From: Gloeobacterales cyanobacterium
GTDB lineage: Bacteria > Cyanobacteriota > Cyanobacteriia > Gloeobacterales > PMM-0068
Reading direction: 5' to 3'
Assembly: GCA_038245785.1 (NCBI GenBank)
Contig: JBBRSB010000025.1
Coordinates: forward strand, 11,543 to 75,542
DNA length: 64,000 bases
Below the pieces are notes generated by a model. That model ran no database searches and was not told the origin of the DNA. It saw nothing but the letters and a program-made list of their open reading frames with translations. Shown in pieces: positions 9,890-20,004 of the stretch (positions are counted from its first letter, which is position 1; the number at the start of each line of letters is the position of its first letter). The translations under genes were made by a program, and so were the position numbers.

Positions 9890-12800
9890 ATGATTCCATC
9901 CGTCGTCGCCACTGAACTGCGTAATTGCATTTCCGACTATTTGCGGACTACCTTCCGGCCCACCACGCCAGGGTTCGATAGCCTGATGGAGCGATTCATA
10001 GCAGTTCCGAGCAATGTGGGACGTGGCCCCTACGTTTCCATTGGTCTGCCCTTTCGTACTGGAACGATGGGCACCAACTACTTCCGTCACATTCCGATGG
10101 AGTTTGCTCCGCACCTGCATCAGGAACGAGCCTTCGACCGCCTCAGTCCTCCCTATTACCAATCAACGCTGATTGCCACCGGAACAGGCTCCGGTAAAAC
10201 CGAATGTTTTCTGTTGCCCCTCCTAGAGCATTGCCGCTTAAACATTGGAGAACCTGGCATCAAGGCGATTCTCATCTATCCCATGAATGCCCTCGCCACC
10301 GACCAATCTAAACGCATTGCCGACCTTATCCATAACACCCCTGCTCTCCAAGGCAAAGTCACTGCCGGACTCTATGTGGGCGATAGCGACGCAACCCCGA
10401 CCACGATGATGACCGCAGAAAAAGTCATCACCGAAAAGCGCATCATCCGCGAATCGCCCCCCGATATCTTGATCACCAACTACAAAATGCTGGACTACCT
10501 GCTCATCCAGCCTGACGCTCAAAAACTGTGGCGCTATAACCAACCCGAAACCCTGCGCTACATCGTTGTAGACGAATTCCACACCTTCGACGGTGCTCAA
10601 GGAACCGATCTCGCCTGCCTGCTCCGTCGCCTCAAATATAGGCTCAACACTCCGCCCCATCATCTTGCTTGCATCGGTACCTCCGCCACCCTAGGGGGCG
10701 AAGATAGCCGCAAAGATATGTTGAGTTACGCTGCCACCATCTTTCAAGAACAACTGGATGATGGAGTACTGATAGAAGAAGACCGTCAGACCGCCGCAGA
10801 GTTTTTGCAAGACGCCTTGCTCAATATCCTGCCCGTCCCAGACCCTGAAACCATCGCTCAACTCCAACCAAATGCACACCAGACTCCAGAGGCGTATCTG
10901 CGCACTCAAGCGCGACTGTGGCTGCAAGACAATGCGCCACAAGAAGAGAACCCTGCCCTGAGCCTTAGCGCGAACACTGCCCAGCAAAGTTTAGAAATTG
11001 CCCCCTCCCTGCAACAACTCGATCTGTCAGCCCCGAATTTGGACGCACCCCTCACAAACGAATGGCGAGTGCGACTGGGACTAGAACTGAAAACCCTACC
11101 GATCATCCAAATCTTAGTCCGAACGCTAAGGAACAGACCCCACAGCTATGACGAACTGACTGAAACCCTTCGTCGTCGTCTGCATTTCCCGAAGTGCGAT
11201 CGCCCAGAATACCTGCCCCTACTCCTGGATAGCCTCCTAGCGCTGGTTGCTACCGCAAAACGGCTAGATACCCGACCGGATGGCAAGAACCTCTATTTGC
11301 CTTGGGTGACCCTGCGCGTCCAGATTTGGCTAAAAGAGCTAAGACGGATGGTCGCTACCGTAGAGCCTCAACCTCGGCTCCTGTTCTCAAACGACCTTAC
11401 CCCAGAACAAGCAAAGAAAACTCTCCCCGTCGTTCACTGTCGAGACTGCGGTGCCACCGGATGGGCTGGGGTGCGTCCTGCCCAGGGCACTCAAAAATTA
11501 ACCCCTAATGACCTGAAACGCTTTTATCAAGAATTTTTTGGTCGCAAACCGCTTATCACCTTCTTATTCCCCAGCGATGCCAAGAACTCCGATACCCTTA
11601 AACTTTGCCCCGAATGCTTCGCCATCAATGGCCCAGGTGCCGAAGACTGTCAATCCTGCGGTTGGTCTGAACTCATTTCCGTCTATATTCCTAACTCCAC
11701 GCGCACCAATACCCAACAAGAGCAAAAACAACTTGAATCCCATAGCGATTGCCCCTTCTGCGGCAGTAGTAGCGGCTTGTCGATCTTGGGGGCGCAGGCT
11801 GCCAGCCTCACCAGCGCAATGATTGGAGTGTTATACACAACCCCCTTTAACTCGGATAAAAAACTTCTCACCTTCTCCGATTCTGTCCAAGATGCAGCCC
11901 ACCGTGCGGGATTCTTTGGCGCACGAACCTACAGAACCACCTTACGCACCGCCATCGCTCATACCGTCAGGACAGCTGCATCCGAAGGTCTTACCCTGCA
12001 AACTCTTGTAGAGCAGTTTTCAAGCTTTTGGCAGCAAAAGCTTGGTTCAAACGCAGATTATGTCGCCACATTTTTACCTACTGATCTGGAATGGTTACGA
12101 GATTGGGACGAATTTGTCCGTAGCGATCGCACCGAACTAGACCCGCATAGTAAGCTGCCAAAACTGCTGGATGACCGACTTACTTGGGAAATCGTCGCTC
12201 AATTCGGTCATCGTTCCGCTATTGGCCCTTCTCTTGAACGGAGCGGCACCTGCACTGTCAGCTTTGACCCTGCCCAACTTAAACAGGCGATTGATGACCT
12301 TCACCCCAAACTCGTCAATGAAGTAGAACCTCTGCGCCAAGTTCAACCGGATCGGGTGCGCCAATTTCTTTTTGGTTTGCTGCACCACTTGCGTCAGCGG
12401 GGCGGCATCCTCCAGGCTGCCACGCAGAGCTACATCAGTCAGGGCGGGATTACGTACCTCTTACAAAAACCCCTGTTCATGCCTCGCATGGGACCAAGGA
12501 TTCCAGCCCCTATCTTTTGGGTTAACGCCTCGGCCCAGAGCGATCGCTTCGAGAAAGTAATTCAAACGGGACCACGCAGAAGTTGGTGCGAAGACTGGAC
12601 AGCACGAATTTTTGCTTCAGCGAGTCTCCTGCTCAATGATCAAGTCATCGACGTGCTGCATATGTCCCTCGATGCGATGGAGAATGCTGGACTGCTAGAA
12701 AGCCTACCTTGCGGCAATGGTAAAGCCTGGGGTATCCCCATGTCGTCTCTATGGATAGAGCTGGAAGGGACCATTCTCGCCTGTGATCGCTGTTCCCATC

Positions 12801-15800
12801 AGTTGACTGCAAGCATCACAGAGCATTCAAGTCTTGAGGGGATGGCCTGTCTAAATCTGGGTTGCATCGGACACTACCGCCCTAACTCTCGTATCGGACT
12901 AGCCTACTACCGAAATCTTTATCGAAGCGGCGATGTTCGACGCATTATGGCCGCAGAGCATACGGGACTTCTCACACGGGAAAATCGAGAACGCTTGGAG
13001 CAACGGTTTATCGACGGCAATCGTCGCTGCGACCCCAATCTGCTATCTGCTACCTCCACCTTGGAAATGGGTATAAACATTGGTGATCTGTCCTCGGTGC
13101 TGCTGTGTTCCGTTCCACCTGGACCCGCCAACTTCCAGCAGCGCATCGGTAGGGCAGGGCGAAAGGATGGCAATTCCTTTGTCGGGACGATTGCCAATGG
13201 AAAACCTCACGATCTTTATTTCTATGAAGATCCGATGCAAATGATTGCTGGGAGCGTTGATGCGGCTGGATGTTATTTAGATGCTTCAGCCATCCTAGAG
13301 CGGCAATTAACCGCATTTTGTCTGGATAACTGGGTCTCAACCCATATGTCAACACAGGATTTTCCCAGAGCGCTCCAGGATGTGCTGAATGCGATCGAGC
13401 GCAGAGACATGAGCCGCTTCCCTTATAACTGGCTGCACTTTATCCAAGAGCGTCAGGGAGCATTGCTAGAAGCGTTTCTTAAACTTTTCCAGGACGCTAT
13501 TGAAGATAGAACCGTCAACCAGCTTCGTACCTTTATGGAACGAGGAGAACAAGACGAGGGAGGACTTCGCTGGCGAATTTTAGATCGACTAGATGGAGTT
13601 CGACAGGAACGAACCCGGCTCAGCAGTCAGATTAAGAACATCACGGGCAAAATCAAAAAAATTAAGGAAGAACCTCCTGCGCTCCAAGATCCTGAGCGCC
13701 TTGACGAACTGGATCGTGAGCGGTCTAGCTTTAGACAACTGATGCGCGAGATTAACGATAAACATATCCTCAACTTTCTGACCGATGAGGGGCTTTTACC
13801 AAACTATGCTTTCCCAGAGTCAGGCGTAACGCTGCGCTCAATTCTGTGGCGAAAGCGTCAACAAGTTGAAAAATCCGGTGGCAGCAGTTACGAAACGTTC
13901 ACGCTAACCTACGAGCGACCAGGGGCACTAGCCATCAGAGAATTAGTGCCAAGCGGCGTATTCTATGCAGAAGGACGACGGGTAACAATCGATCAAATTG
14001 ACCTGAAACTGTCCGAACCCGAAGATTGGCGGATGTGTCGCAGTTGTAGCTATACCGTCCGAACCACGCAGCCCGAAGCCAATGCTCCATCTTGCCCAAG
14101 GTGCGGAGATTCTATGTGGCGCGATCAGGGTCGTGTCAGACGGATGTTGCGCCTGCGCCAGGTGATGGCATCTACTTCCGACAAAGGCAGCCGTTTTGGA
14201 GATGATCGGGAAGACCGCAACACAGGCTTTTTTCAGCGGCATTTGCTGGTGGATTTTGAAGCCAAGGATCGTGAAAAGACCTTTCTGATTCAGGACAAAG
14301 AATTTCCCTTTGGTATTGAGTACATTTCTCGAACCAATTTTCGGGAGGTCAATTTAGGGGAGTCGTTGTCTACGGGTGAATCCGTTGAGCTATCAGGGCA
14401 GCGTTTTACAACACGAGGATTTCGAGTCTGTAAAAGCTGCGGCAAAGTCATGAAAGGGAATGAACCCAAGGATCATGCTATCAACTGCCAATGGCGAGAT
14501 AAACCCGACCAGGCAAAGGCAGAAGAGGTGTTATACCTCTACCGGGAGTTCGCCTCTGAAGCCATTCGGATATTGATGCCCGATGAAAATTTTTGGACCC
14601 CTCAAGGGCTACATTCCTTCGTAGCGGCACTACAACTGGGCTTGAAGCAAAAATTTCGGGGCAAAGTGGATCACCTTCATGTCACGATTTCCGGTGACCC
14701 TCAGGCTAATTCAAACCTCCGAAAGTCCTATTTGTATCTGTATGACAGTGTGCCAGGGGGGACAGGCTACTTGCGACAGCTTATCCGCAACCCCGACGAA
14801 TTGCTGGATGTTTTTAACCGTGCCCTATTGGTGTTGAGAGCCTGCGGCTGTGAAGACGGCTGCTATAAATGCCTGTTAGCCTATCGCAACAGCTTTGACC
14901 AAGATGAAACCAGTCGCCAAACGGCGGTTAGGCTGCTCGCGCAGCTTGTAAAACACTGGCCTCAGCTAAAGGAAACTTCAGAAGGGCTATCGGCCATTCG
15001 ACTCAATAGCAACTTTGAAAGCGAACTAGAACGAAGGTTTATCGAAGCCATTCGACGCTACAGCGGGGAGGTGTACCAAGGTTCAACTCCGCTGTTACGC
15101 AAAGACATCATCAATGGGAAGGCGGGATATTACCTAAAAATTGGCGAAGCAGCCTGGTTTATTGAAACCCAGGTTAACCTGAACCAGAATGACGGAGTCC
15201 AAATCCCATCCAGAGCCGATTTTCTCTTCAGACCAGCATCTACCCGTTCTTCGAGTCACCCGATCGCCATTTTTACGGATGGCTGGGAATACCATCAGGA
15301 TAGGATTTTTGAAGATTTCAAGCAGCGTTTAGCCATTGTGCGAAGCGGTCAATTCTGGAGCTGGTCTTTGACTTGGGACGACGTTGAAAAGCAACTGAAC
15401 CCAGATAGCCTCATCAATCGTCCTGAGGGACTAAAGTGCCAACTCAATTCTCAGTTCAACAGGAACAGCCATCAAGTTTACCAACAGTATCAGTGCGATG
15501 GAATGCGCGACTTAGAGCCTCGCAGCAGCTTTGAATGGCTTATGAGCTTTCTGGCTCAGCCCGATCTCAAACAATGGCAAAACTGGGCACTTTTGAGAAC
15601 TATGGCGCAAGCCCATGCTCAATCCCTCCAAGACAGTGCCATCCAGAAGCAGTGGCAAGGCCAGGTGGTTCAGGTGCTGGGCGAGGAGCCTATTGATGTG
15701 TGGGAGCCATCTTCAAGATTTTTGAACACTGAAGTTCAGGTTTCGGCAGAGCTGAAGATCTGGAGCGGTGCAGATGTAATCCGTCATAAGAATTTGGAAC

Positions 15801-16309
15801 AAACTGGTAGCTTTGTTTTGCTAAGTCTTGACGACCGGAAACAGTCTGACTCCTCATCGTTTCGCGGTAGTTGGGTAGAGAGTTTAAGGCTGTTTAACCT
15901 CTATCAATTTCTTCCCCATTTTTATCCTGTCACGACATCCATGGTGGATAAGGGGTACAGCCCTGCCTTGGCTCGTCCAGACACCGCCACGCTGTCGGCA
16001 GTTCCCACCTATCAAGAGGCTCCATGGAAGGAACTGCGGGAACTAACGGGAGTGGACAATTTGCTACCGGCCATCGACCGTATGGAAAAAGAGAAATGGC
16101 CAGTTCCAGAGCCGGGGTATGAACTGATGGGTAAGCGCGGAGCAGTCGTAGCAACCGCAGAGCTTGCTTGGCAAACTTTTAGAGTCGCTGTAACCCTCAC
16201 GCAAGAGGATCTAGATGAATTTACAAACGAAGGTTGGACCGTGATCGACTGCGAAGAACTTTGGTCGTCAATGGACATCCTTGGCAAGAAACTGAAGGGA
16301 GAAGCATAA
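9890..16309 (+). CDS. YprA/MrfA-like DEAD/DEAH helicase with DUF1998 Zn-binding domain and a C-terminal PD-(D/E)xK-like nuclease (fused DrmA+DrmB / DruE-like)
   Basis: ATGTGSGKTE, YPMNALATDQ, VVDEFH, TSTLEMGINIG, QRIGRAGR, several CxxC pairs, YDSVPGGTGY...CGCEDGCYKCL, then ESELERRF...RADF...IFTDGWEYH. 2139 aa. Confidence 0.9.
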   Translation: MIPSVVATELRNCISDYLRTTFRPTTPGFDSLMERFIAVPSNVGRGPYVSIGLPFRTGTMGTNYFRHIPMEFAPHLHQERAFDRLSPPYYQSTLIATGTGSGKTECFLLPLLEHCRLNIGEPGIKAILIYPMNALATDQSKRIADLIHNTPALQGKVTAGLYVGDSDATPTTMMTAEKVITEKRIIRESPPDILITNYKMLDYLLIQPDAQKLWRYNQPETLRYIVVDEFHTFDGAQGTDLACLLRRLKYRLNTPPHHLACIGTSATLGGEDSRKDMLSYAATIFQEQLDDGVLIEEDRQTAAEFLQDALLNILPVPDPETIAQLQPNAHQTPEAYLRTQARLWLQDNAPQEENPALSLSANTAQQSLEIAPSLQQLDLSAPNLDAPLTNEWRVRLGLELKTLPIIQILVRTLRNRPHSYDELTETLRRRLHFPKCDRPEYLPLLLDSLLALVATAKRLDTRPDGKNLYLPWVTLRVQIWLKELRRMVATVEPQPRLLFSNDLTPEQAKKTLPVVHCRDCGATGWAGVRPAQGTQKLTPNDLKRFYQEFFGRKPLITFLFPSDAKNSDTLKLCPECFAINGPGAEDCQSCGWSELISVYIPNSTRTNTQQEQKQLESHSDCPFCGSSSGLSILGAQAASLTSAMIGVLYTTPFNSDKKLLTFSDSVQDAAHRAGFFGARTYRTTLRTAIAHTVRTAASEGLTLQTLVEQFSSFWQQKLGSNADYVATFLPTDLEWLRDWDEFVRSDRTELDPHSKLPKLLDDRLTWEIVAQFGHRSAIGPSLERSGTCTVSFDPAQLKQAIDDLHPKLVNEVEPLRQVQPDRVRQFLFGLLHHLRQRGGILQAATQSYISQGGITYLLQKPLFMPRMGPRIPAPIFWVNASAQSDRFEKVIQTGPRRSWCEDWTARIFASASLLLNDQVIDVLHMSLDAMENAGLLESLPCGNGKAWGIPMSSLWIELEGTILACDRCSHQLTASITEHSSLEGMACLNLGCIGHYRPNSRIGLAYYRNLYRSGDVRRIMAAEHTGLLTRENRERLEQRFIDGNRRCDPNLLSATSTLEMGINIGDLSSVLLCSVPPGPANFQQRIGRAGRKDGNSFVGTIANGKPHDLYFYEDPMQMIAGSVDAAGCYLDASAILERQLTAFCLDNWVSTHMSTQDFPRALQDVLNAIERRDMSRFPYNWLHFIQERQGALLEAFLKLFQDAIEDRTVNQLRTFMERGEQDEGGLRWRILDRLDGVRQERTRLSSQIKNITGKIKKIKEEPPALQDPERLDELDRERSSFRQLMREINDKHILNFLTDEGLLPNYAFPESGVTLRSILWRKRQQVEKSGGSSYETFTLTYERPGALAIRELVPSGVFYAEGRRVTIDQIDLKLSEPEDWRMCRSCSYTVRTTQPEANAPSCPRCGDSMWRDQGRVRRMLRLRQVMASTSDKGSRFGDDREDRNTGFFQRHLLVDFEAKDREKTFLIQDKEFPFGIEYISRTNFREVNLGESLSTGESVELSGQRFTTRGFRVCKSCGKVMKGNEPKDHAINCQWRDKPDQAKAEEVLYLYREFASEAIRILMPDENFWTPQGLHSFVAALQLGLKQKFRGKVDHLHVTISGDPQANSNLRKSYLYLYDSVPGGTGYLRQLIRNPDELLDVFNRALLVLRACGCEDGCYKCLLAYRNSFDQDETSRQTAVRLLAQLVKHWPQLKETSEGLSAIRLNSNFESELERRFIEAIRRYSGEVYQGSTPLLRKDIINGKAGYYLKIGEAAWFIETQVNLNQNDGVQIPSRADFLFRPASTRSSSHPIAIFTDGWEYHQDRIFEDFKQRLAIVRSGQFWSWSLTWDDVEKQLNPDSLINRPEGLKCQLNSQFNRNSHQVYQQYQCDGMRDLEPRSSFEWLMSFLAQPDLKQWQNWALLRTMAQAHAQSLQDSAIQKQWQGQVVQVLGEEPIDVWEPSSRFLNTEVQVSAELKIWSGADVIRHKNLEQTGSFVLLSLDDRKQSDSSSFRGSWVESLRLFNLYQFLPHFYPVTTSMVDKGYSPALARPDTATLSAVPTYQEAPWKELRELTGVDNLLPAIDRMEKEKWPVPEPGYELMGKRGAVVATAELAWQTFRVAVTLTQEDLDEFTNEGWTVIDCEELWSSMDILGKKLKGEA

Positions 16310-18460
16310 ATGAGTTTAGAGAACACATTCCGCCTAGCCATCTCGGATGAATTCTTTGATGCCTACAGTCGATTACCTCGAAATGCACAAGGCAAGGTAT
16401 CGGAATTCATTAACCGCTTTCGGCAAGATCCAACCCGACCAGGGCTTAATTACGAATCGATTCGCGATGGTCAAGACAAACGAATCAAGTCGGTGAGGGT
16501 TGACCAAGCGCATCGGGCTATCCTTCTTAAACCTGATACAGGCAACGTTTACATACTGCTTTGGGTAGATAAGCACGATGATGCGTACACTTGGGCACGG
16601 CGTAAGAAATGCCTTGTTAACCAAGTTTCTGGTGCGTTACAAATTATTGATATTGAGGCTGCCGAAGCAACTACAGAGCAACTCATCCAAAAAAATACTG
16701 GAGAATCGGAAAAGCGCTTTGACACTATTGAAGATAAGTATTTGATGCTACTTGGTGTTCCTGAAATATTGCTTCCTGCTGTTCGTCAAATTGTAACAGA
16801 TGAAGATTTAGAGCAGTTACTCCCCCATTTGCCTAGAGAAGCAAGTGATGCATTGCTCATGTTGGCAGTTGGCTATGAACTTGAAGAAGTCTTAAAACAG
16901 CAGCAAAAGACAGACGAGAAGGTAAAGGTTGATCCTGAAGATCTTGAAACGGCTCTAGAAAATGATGATAGCCGTAGCCGATTCGTTGTGATTACGGATG
17001 ATGCAGATTTAGAAGAAATGCTTGCGGCTCCCTTAGAAAAGTGGCGTGTGTTTCTGCATCCTTCTCAGCGGAAGCTAGTTGAACGGGATTGGAATGGTCC
17101 GGTTAGAGTTTTAGGCGGAGCAGGAACCGGAAAGACGGTTGTGGCGATGCATCGTGCAAAGTGGTTAGCCCAAAATCGTTTCACAGAACCGAGCGATCGC
17201 ATTTTGTTCACCACCTTCACCCGTAATTTAGCCATCGATATTGAGGCTAATCTCAAGGCCATTTGTTCTCCTGAATTGATTCGTCGTATTCGTGTCATCA
17301 ATCTAGACGCATGGGTTGCAGAGTTCCTTAGACAAGAAGGAGTTGAGGTTCGAATTGTTTATGAGGAAGAGACTCAAGAAATTTGGCAACAGGCTTATAC
17401 TCTGGCCCCTGTCGAGCTTGGGTTTTCACAAAGCTTTTATCAGCAGGAATGGCATGAGATTGTCTCCGAACAAAACTGTCAAACTTTGCGCGACTATCTT
17501 GTAGCTCGACGGACCGGTCGTGGGACTAGATTGAGCCGTCAGCAAAGACAATTGATTTGGCCAGTTTTTGAGGAATTTAGGAATCTGTTGCGAGAAAAAG
17601 GTTTCAGAGAACCAGACGGTGCAATGCGTGATGCAGCCGAACTATTAGCAGATAGAGGAACCGAAACACTGCCCTATAAATCCATCATCGTAGATGAAGC
17701 TCAAGATATGAGCGAAGCGGCTTTCTCGCTTCTTCGGGCAATTGTAGGTGAGCCTAAGAAAAATGATTTGTTTATTGTTGGAGATGCCCATCAGCGGATT
17801 TATGGAAGAGTAGCGATTCTAAGTCGATGTGGGATCGATGTTCGAGGAGGTCGTTCTCGAAAACTTCGCTTAAACTATCGAACAACTGATGAAATCAGGC
17901 GCTGGGCCACAGCCGTGCTAGAAGGCGTAGATGTAGACGATTTGGATGGTGGAGCAGATTCTCTAAAAGATTATCGTTCCTTAATGCATGGTGAAGAACC
18001 AACATTAAGCGGCTTTAGTAGATTTGAGGATGAAATTTCTTACTTGAGGAAATTTCTGGAACAGATAAAGGTCAATGAAAATACCCTTTCAGGCGTTTGT
18101 CTTGCAGTTAGAACAAATGCTCTAGTGGATCAATATGAATCAGCACTCAAAAATATTGGCATTGCTGTTCGACGGCTCCAGAGAGATAAGCCTGATAACC
18201 CGTTGGACGAGGGCTTAAGACTTGCAACTATGCATCGAGTTAAAGGTTTGCAGTTTAACTACATTCTATTACCTGGACTGAATGCTGATATTCTGCCTTT
18301 AGAGTCCGTCTTCAACCAAAATGAAGACAAAGTAACTCAAACTCGTTTTGTCGATGGAGAGAGATGTCTTTTGCACGTTGCTGCAACACGCGCTAAGAAA
18401 CAAGTCTTTATTAGTTTCTATGGAGAACCAAGTTTATTCTTGAAATACCCAAATCGTTAA
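16310..18460 (+). CDS. UvrD-like SF1 helicase with an N-terminal RelE/ParE-like domain
   Basis: GGAGTGKT, IIVDEAQD, VGDAHQRIY, LNYRTT, TMHRVKGLQF, LHVAATRAK. The N-terminus (FFDAYSRLP...PGLNYESI...SVRVDQAHRAIL...LLWVDKHDDAY) has a RelE-like pattern. ATG immediately follows the upstream stop. Confidence 0.88.
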   Translation: MSLENTFRLAISDEFFDAYSRLPRNAQGKVSEFINRFRQDPTRPGLNYESIRDGQDKRIKSVRVDQAHRAILLKPDTGNVYILLWVDKHDDAYTWARRKKCLVNQVSGALQIIDIEAAEATTEQLIQKNTGESEKRFDTIEDKYLMLLGVPEILLPAVRQIVTDEDLEQLLPHLPREASDALLMLAVGYELEEVLKQQQKTDEKVKVDPEDLETALENDDSRSRFVVITDDADLEEMLAAPLEKWRVFLHPSQRKLVERDWNGPVRVLGGAGTGKTVVAMHRAKWLAQNRFTEPSDRILFTTFTRNLAIDIEANLKAICSPELIRRIRVINLDAWVAEFLRQEGVEVRIVYEEETQEIWQQAYTLAPVELGFSQSFYQQEWHEIVSEQNCQTLRDYLVARRTGRGTRLSRQQRQLIWPVFEEFRNLLREKGFREPDGAMRDAAELLADRGTETLPYKSIIVDEAQDMSEAAFSLLRAIVGEPKKNDLFIVGDAHQRIYGRVAILSRCGIDVRGGRSRKLRLNYRTTDEIRRWATAVLEGVDVDDLDGGADSLKDYRSLMHGEEPTLSGFSRFEDEISYLRKFLEQIKVNENTLSGVCLAVRTNALVDQYESALKNIGIAVRRLQRDKPDNPLDEGLRLATMHRVKGLQFNYILLPGLNADILPLESVFNQNEDKVTQTRFVDGERCLLHVAATRAKKQVFISFYGEPSLFLKYPNR

Positions 18461-18971
18461 TGTGCCGAAGCTTTCGCTATCCGCCTATCGGCATTTCCGC
18501 AAAGGCGGGCATCCACCCAAAACTGGGTGAGTAATGCCTTCGATAGGAATTTTTCCAGTTTTCCATTCGACAAGATGTCTGAGTAGCAAAGCATTGCATA
18601 GATGGTCTAAAAATTTCTGTTCGGGCTTCATCATATGAGATTTTTAGCTAAGAGCTCTTAGGTTGTAAATCATCAATTATCCGCTAGAGGATGTAATGAG
18701 ATTACAGCCTTTCCAGTTCGGATGAAGTACCTCAGAAATGAGGTTGCATAAGGCTTTTTACTTTGCCCAATGTACCTCAAACGGCTAAGAACCGCTATTT
18801 AGAATAATTTTCTCAGTGGCAGTATGCGTAAAAAGTGTTTACCTGGTATGCTGTGCAGGTGATTAGACTGACTTCATTTAGCCTAATTTCCCCTAATTGG
18901 ATGGTCGTGTAGAGAAAGTCAGTCTGATAAATAGTTGGACGACGGCCGTCGAATTACTCTTGAGAGCGAGC

Positions 18972-19760
18972 ATGGCAAACAATGATGTGATCAACGCCTA
19001 TGTCTATGTGAGCACTGGCTTCCATTTGCGAGCACTATTGTATGCGCAAACTACGGAATGCCGATGGGTAATCAAGAACATTGAAGATGCGATTGCAGAA
19101 CTTGACACGCTCGGTTTAACTTATCCACGCAACCAATCCAAGGCAGTCTGCGATAAGCTCGAATCCCTTGCCCGCAGTAGCGGCGAGATGACGAAAACTC
19201 CTGATCACATTGCAAATGAGCTTCATTCAATAGTGGACTGCATTCATGACACTGTGAAAAGTCAGGCCAGAGAACAAAGGCTTGTCCTGCTTCAGTCCAC
19301 ATCTGTTTCTGAGAAGCTTCGAGAGCTGGCAAAGAAAGGCACCCTGAACACTCGGCAAATCTATCTATTCGATGAAGCTGTATCGAATTTAGAAACAGGT
19401 GCCTATCGGTCCGCAATCGTAATGGGCTGGAACCTCGCTTACGATGTTATCAGGCAATGGATCTTCGACGACTCAGCACGACTCGCGAGTTTCAATACTG
19501 AAATTCTAAAGATTCTGGATAAGTCAGGGAAGTCAAAGTTTGACCCGATTACCAATTACACGGACTTTTACGATATCGGGGAAAGGATTGTCCTAGATGT
19601 GTGTGAGAGTGCAAACTTCATCGGAGGCAACCTGCATGACGATTTGCGAAACTATCTAAGGCAACGTAACAGTTACGCGCACGCTTCAGATTCTAATCCC
19701 ACGGTGAATCAGGCAAACGCTTTGATTGATCATTTGGTCGATGCCATCGCAAAGCTATAG
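18972..19760 (+). CDS. Putative HEPN-domain protein
   Basis: C-terminal helical domain containing EAVSNLETGAYRSAIVMGW and the Rx4H motif RNSYAH. ATG at 18972 is in frame with the track ORF 18897..19760. Confidence 0.65.
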   Translation: MANNDVINAYVYVSTGFHLRALLYAQTTECRWVIKNIEDAIAELDTLGLTYPRNQSKAVCDKLESLARSSGEMTKTPDHIANELHSIVDCIHDTVKSQAREQRLVLLQSTSVSEKLRELAKKGTLNTRQIYLFDEAVSNLETGAYRSAIVMGWNLAYDVIRQWIFDDSARLASFNTEILKILDKSGKSKFDPITNYTDFYDIGERIVLDVCESANFIGGNLHDDLRNYLRQRNSYAHASDSNPTVNQANALIDHLVDAIAKL

Positions 19761-19965
19761 CGAATGGTAAATCAACGCCTAACCAGCCGTGAAACTGTGT
19801 AAAAACTTAAAACGCTTCGCTCAGTGGCTTCGGGCGGCAATGTATTCAGTGACCTTAAGCTCAGCTTAGAGTAAACCTATTATCAAAGCGTTTTACGACC
19901 GACTCAGAGCAGCCGGAAAACCGATGCAAGTAGCCAGATGTACTGCCTACAGCGATCAAATGTCG

Positions 19966-20004
19966 TGCTTACTTACTGCATTACTGCATTACTCAATTAC
20001 TGCG
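19966..20004. repeat. TACTGCA repeat cluster 1 (putative parC centromere)
   Basis: tgcttacttactgcattactgcattactcaattactgcg at the 3' end of the parG-like gene. Confidence 0.7.

Noticed and set aside
19777..19840. A third attC after the HEPN-motif gene
   Set aside because: RYYYAAC is present, but I could not find a matching palindrome or a GTTRRRY end.
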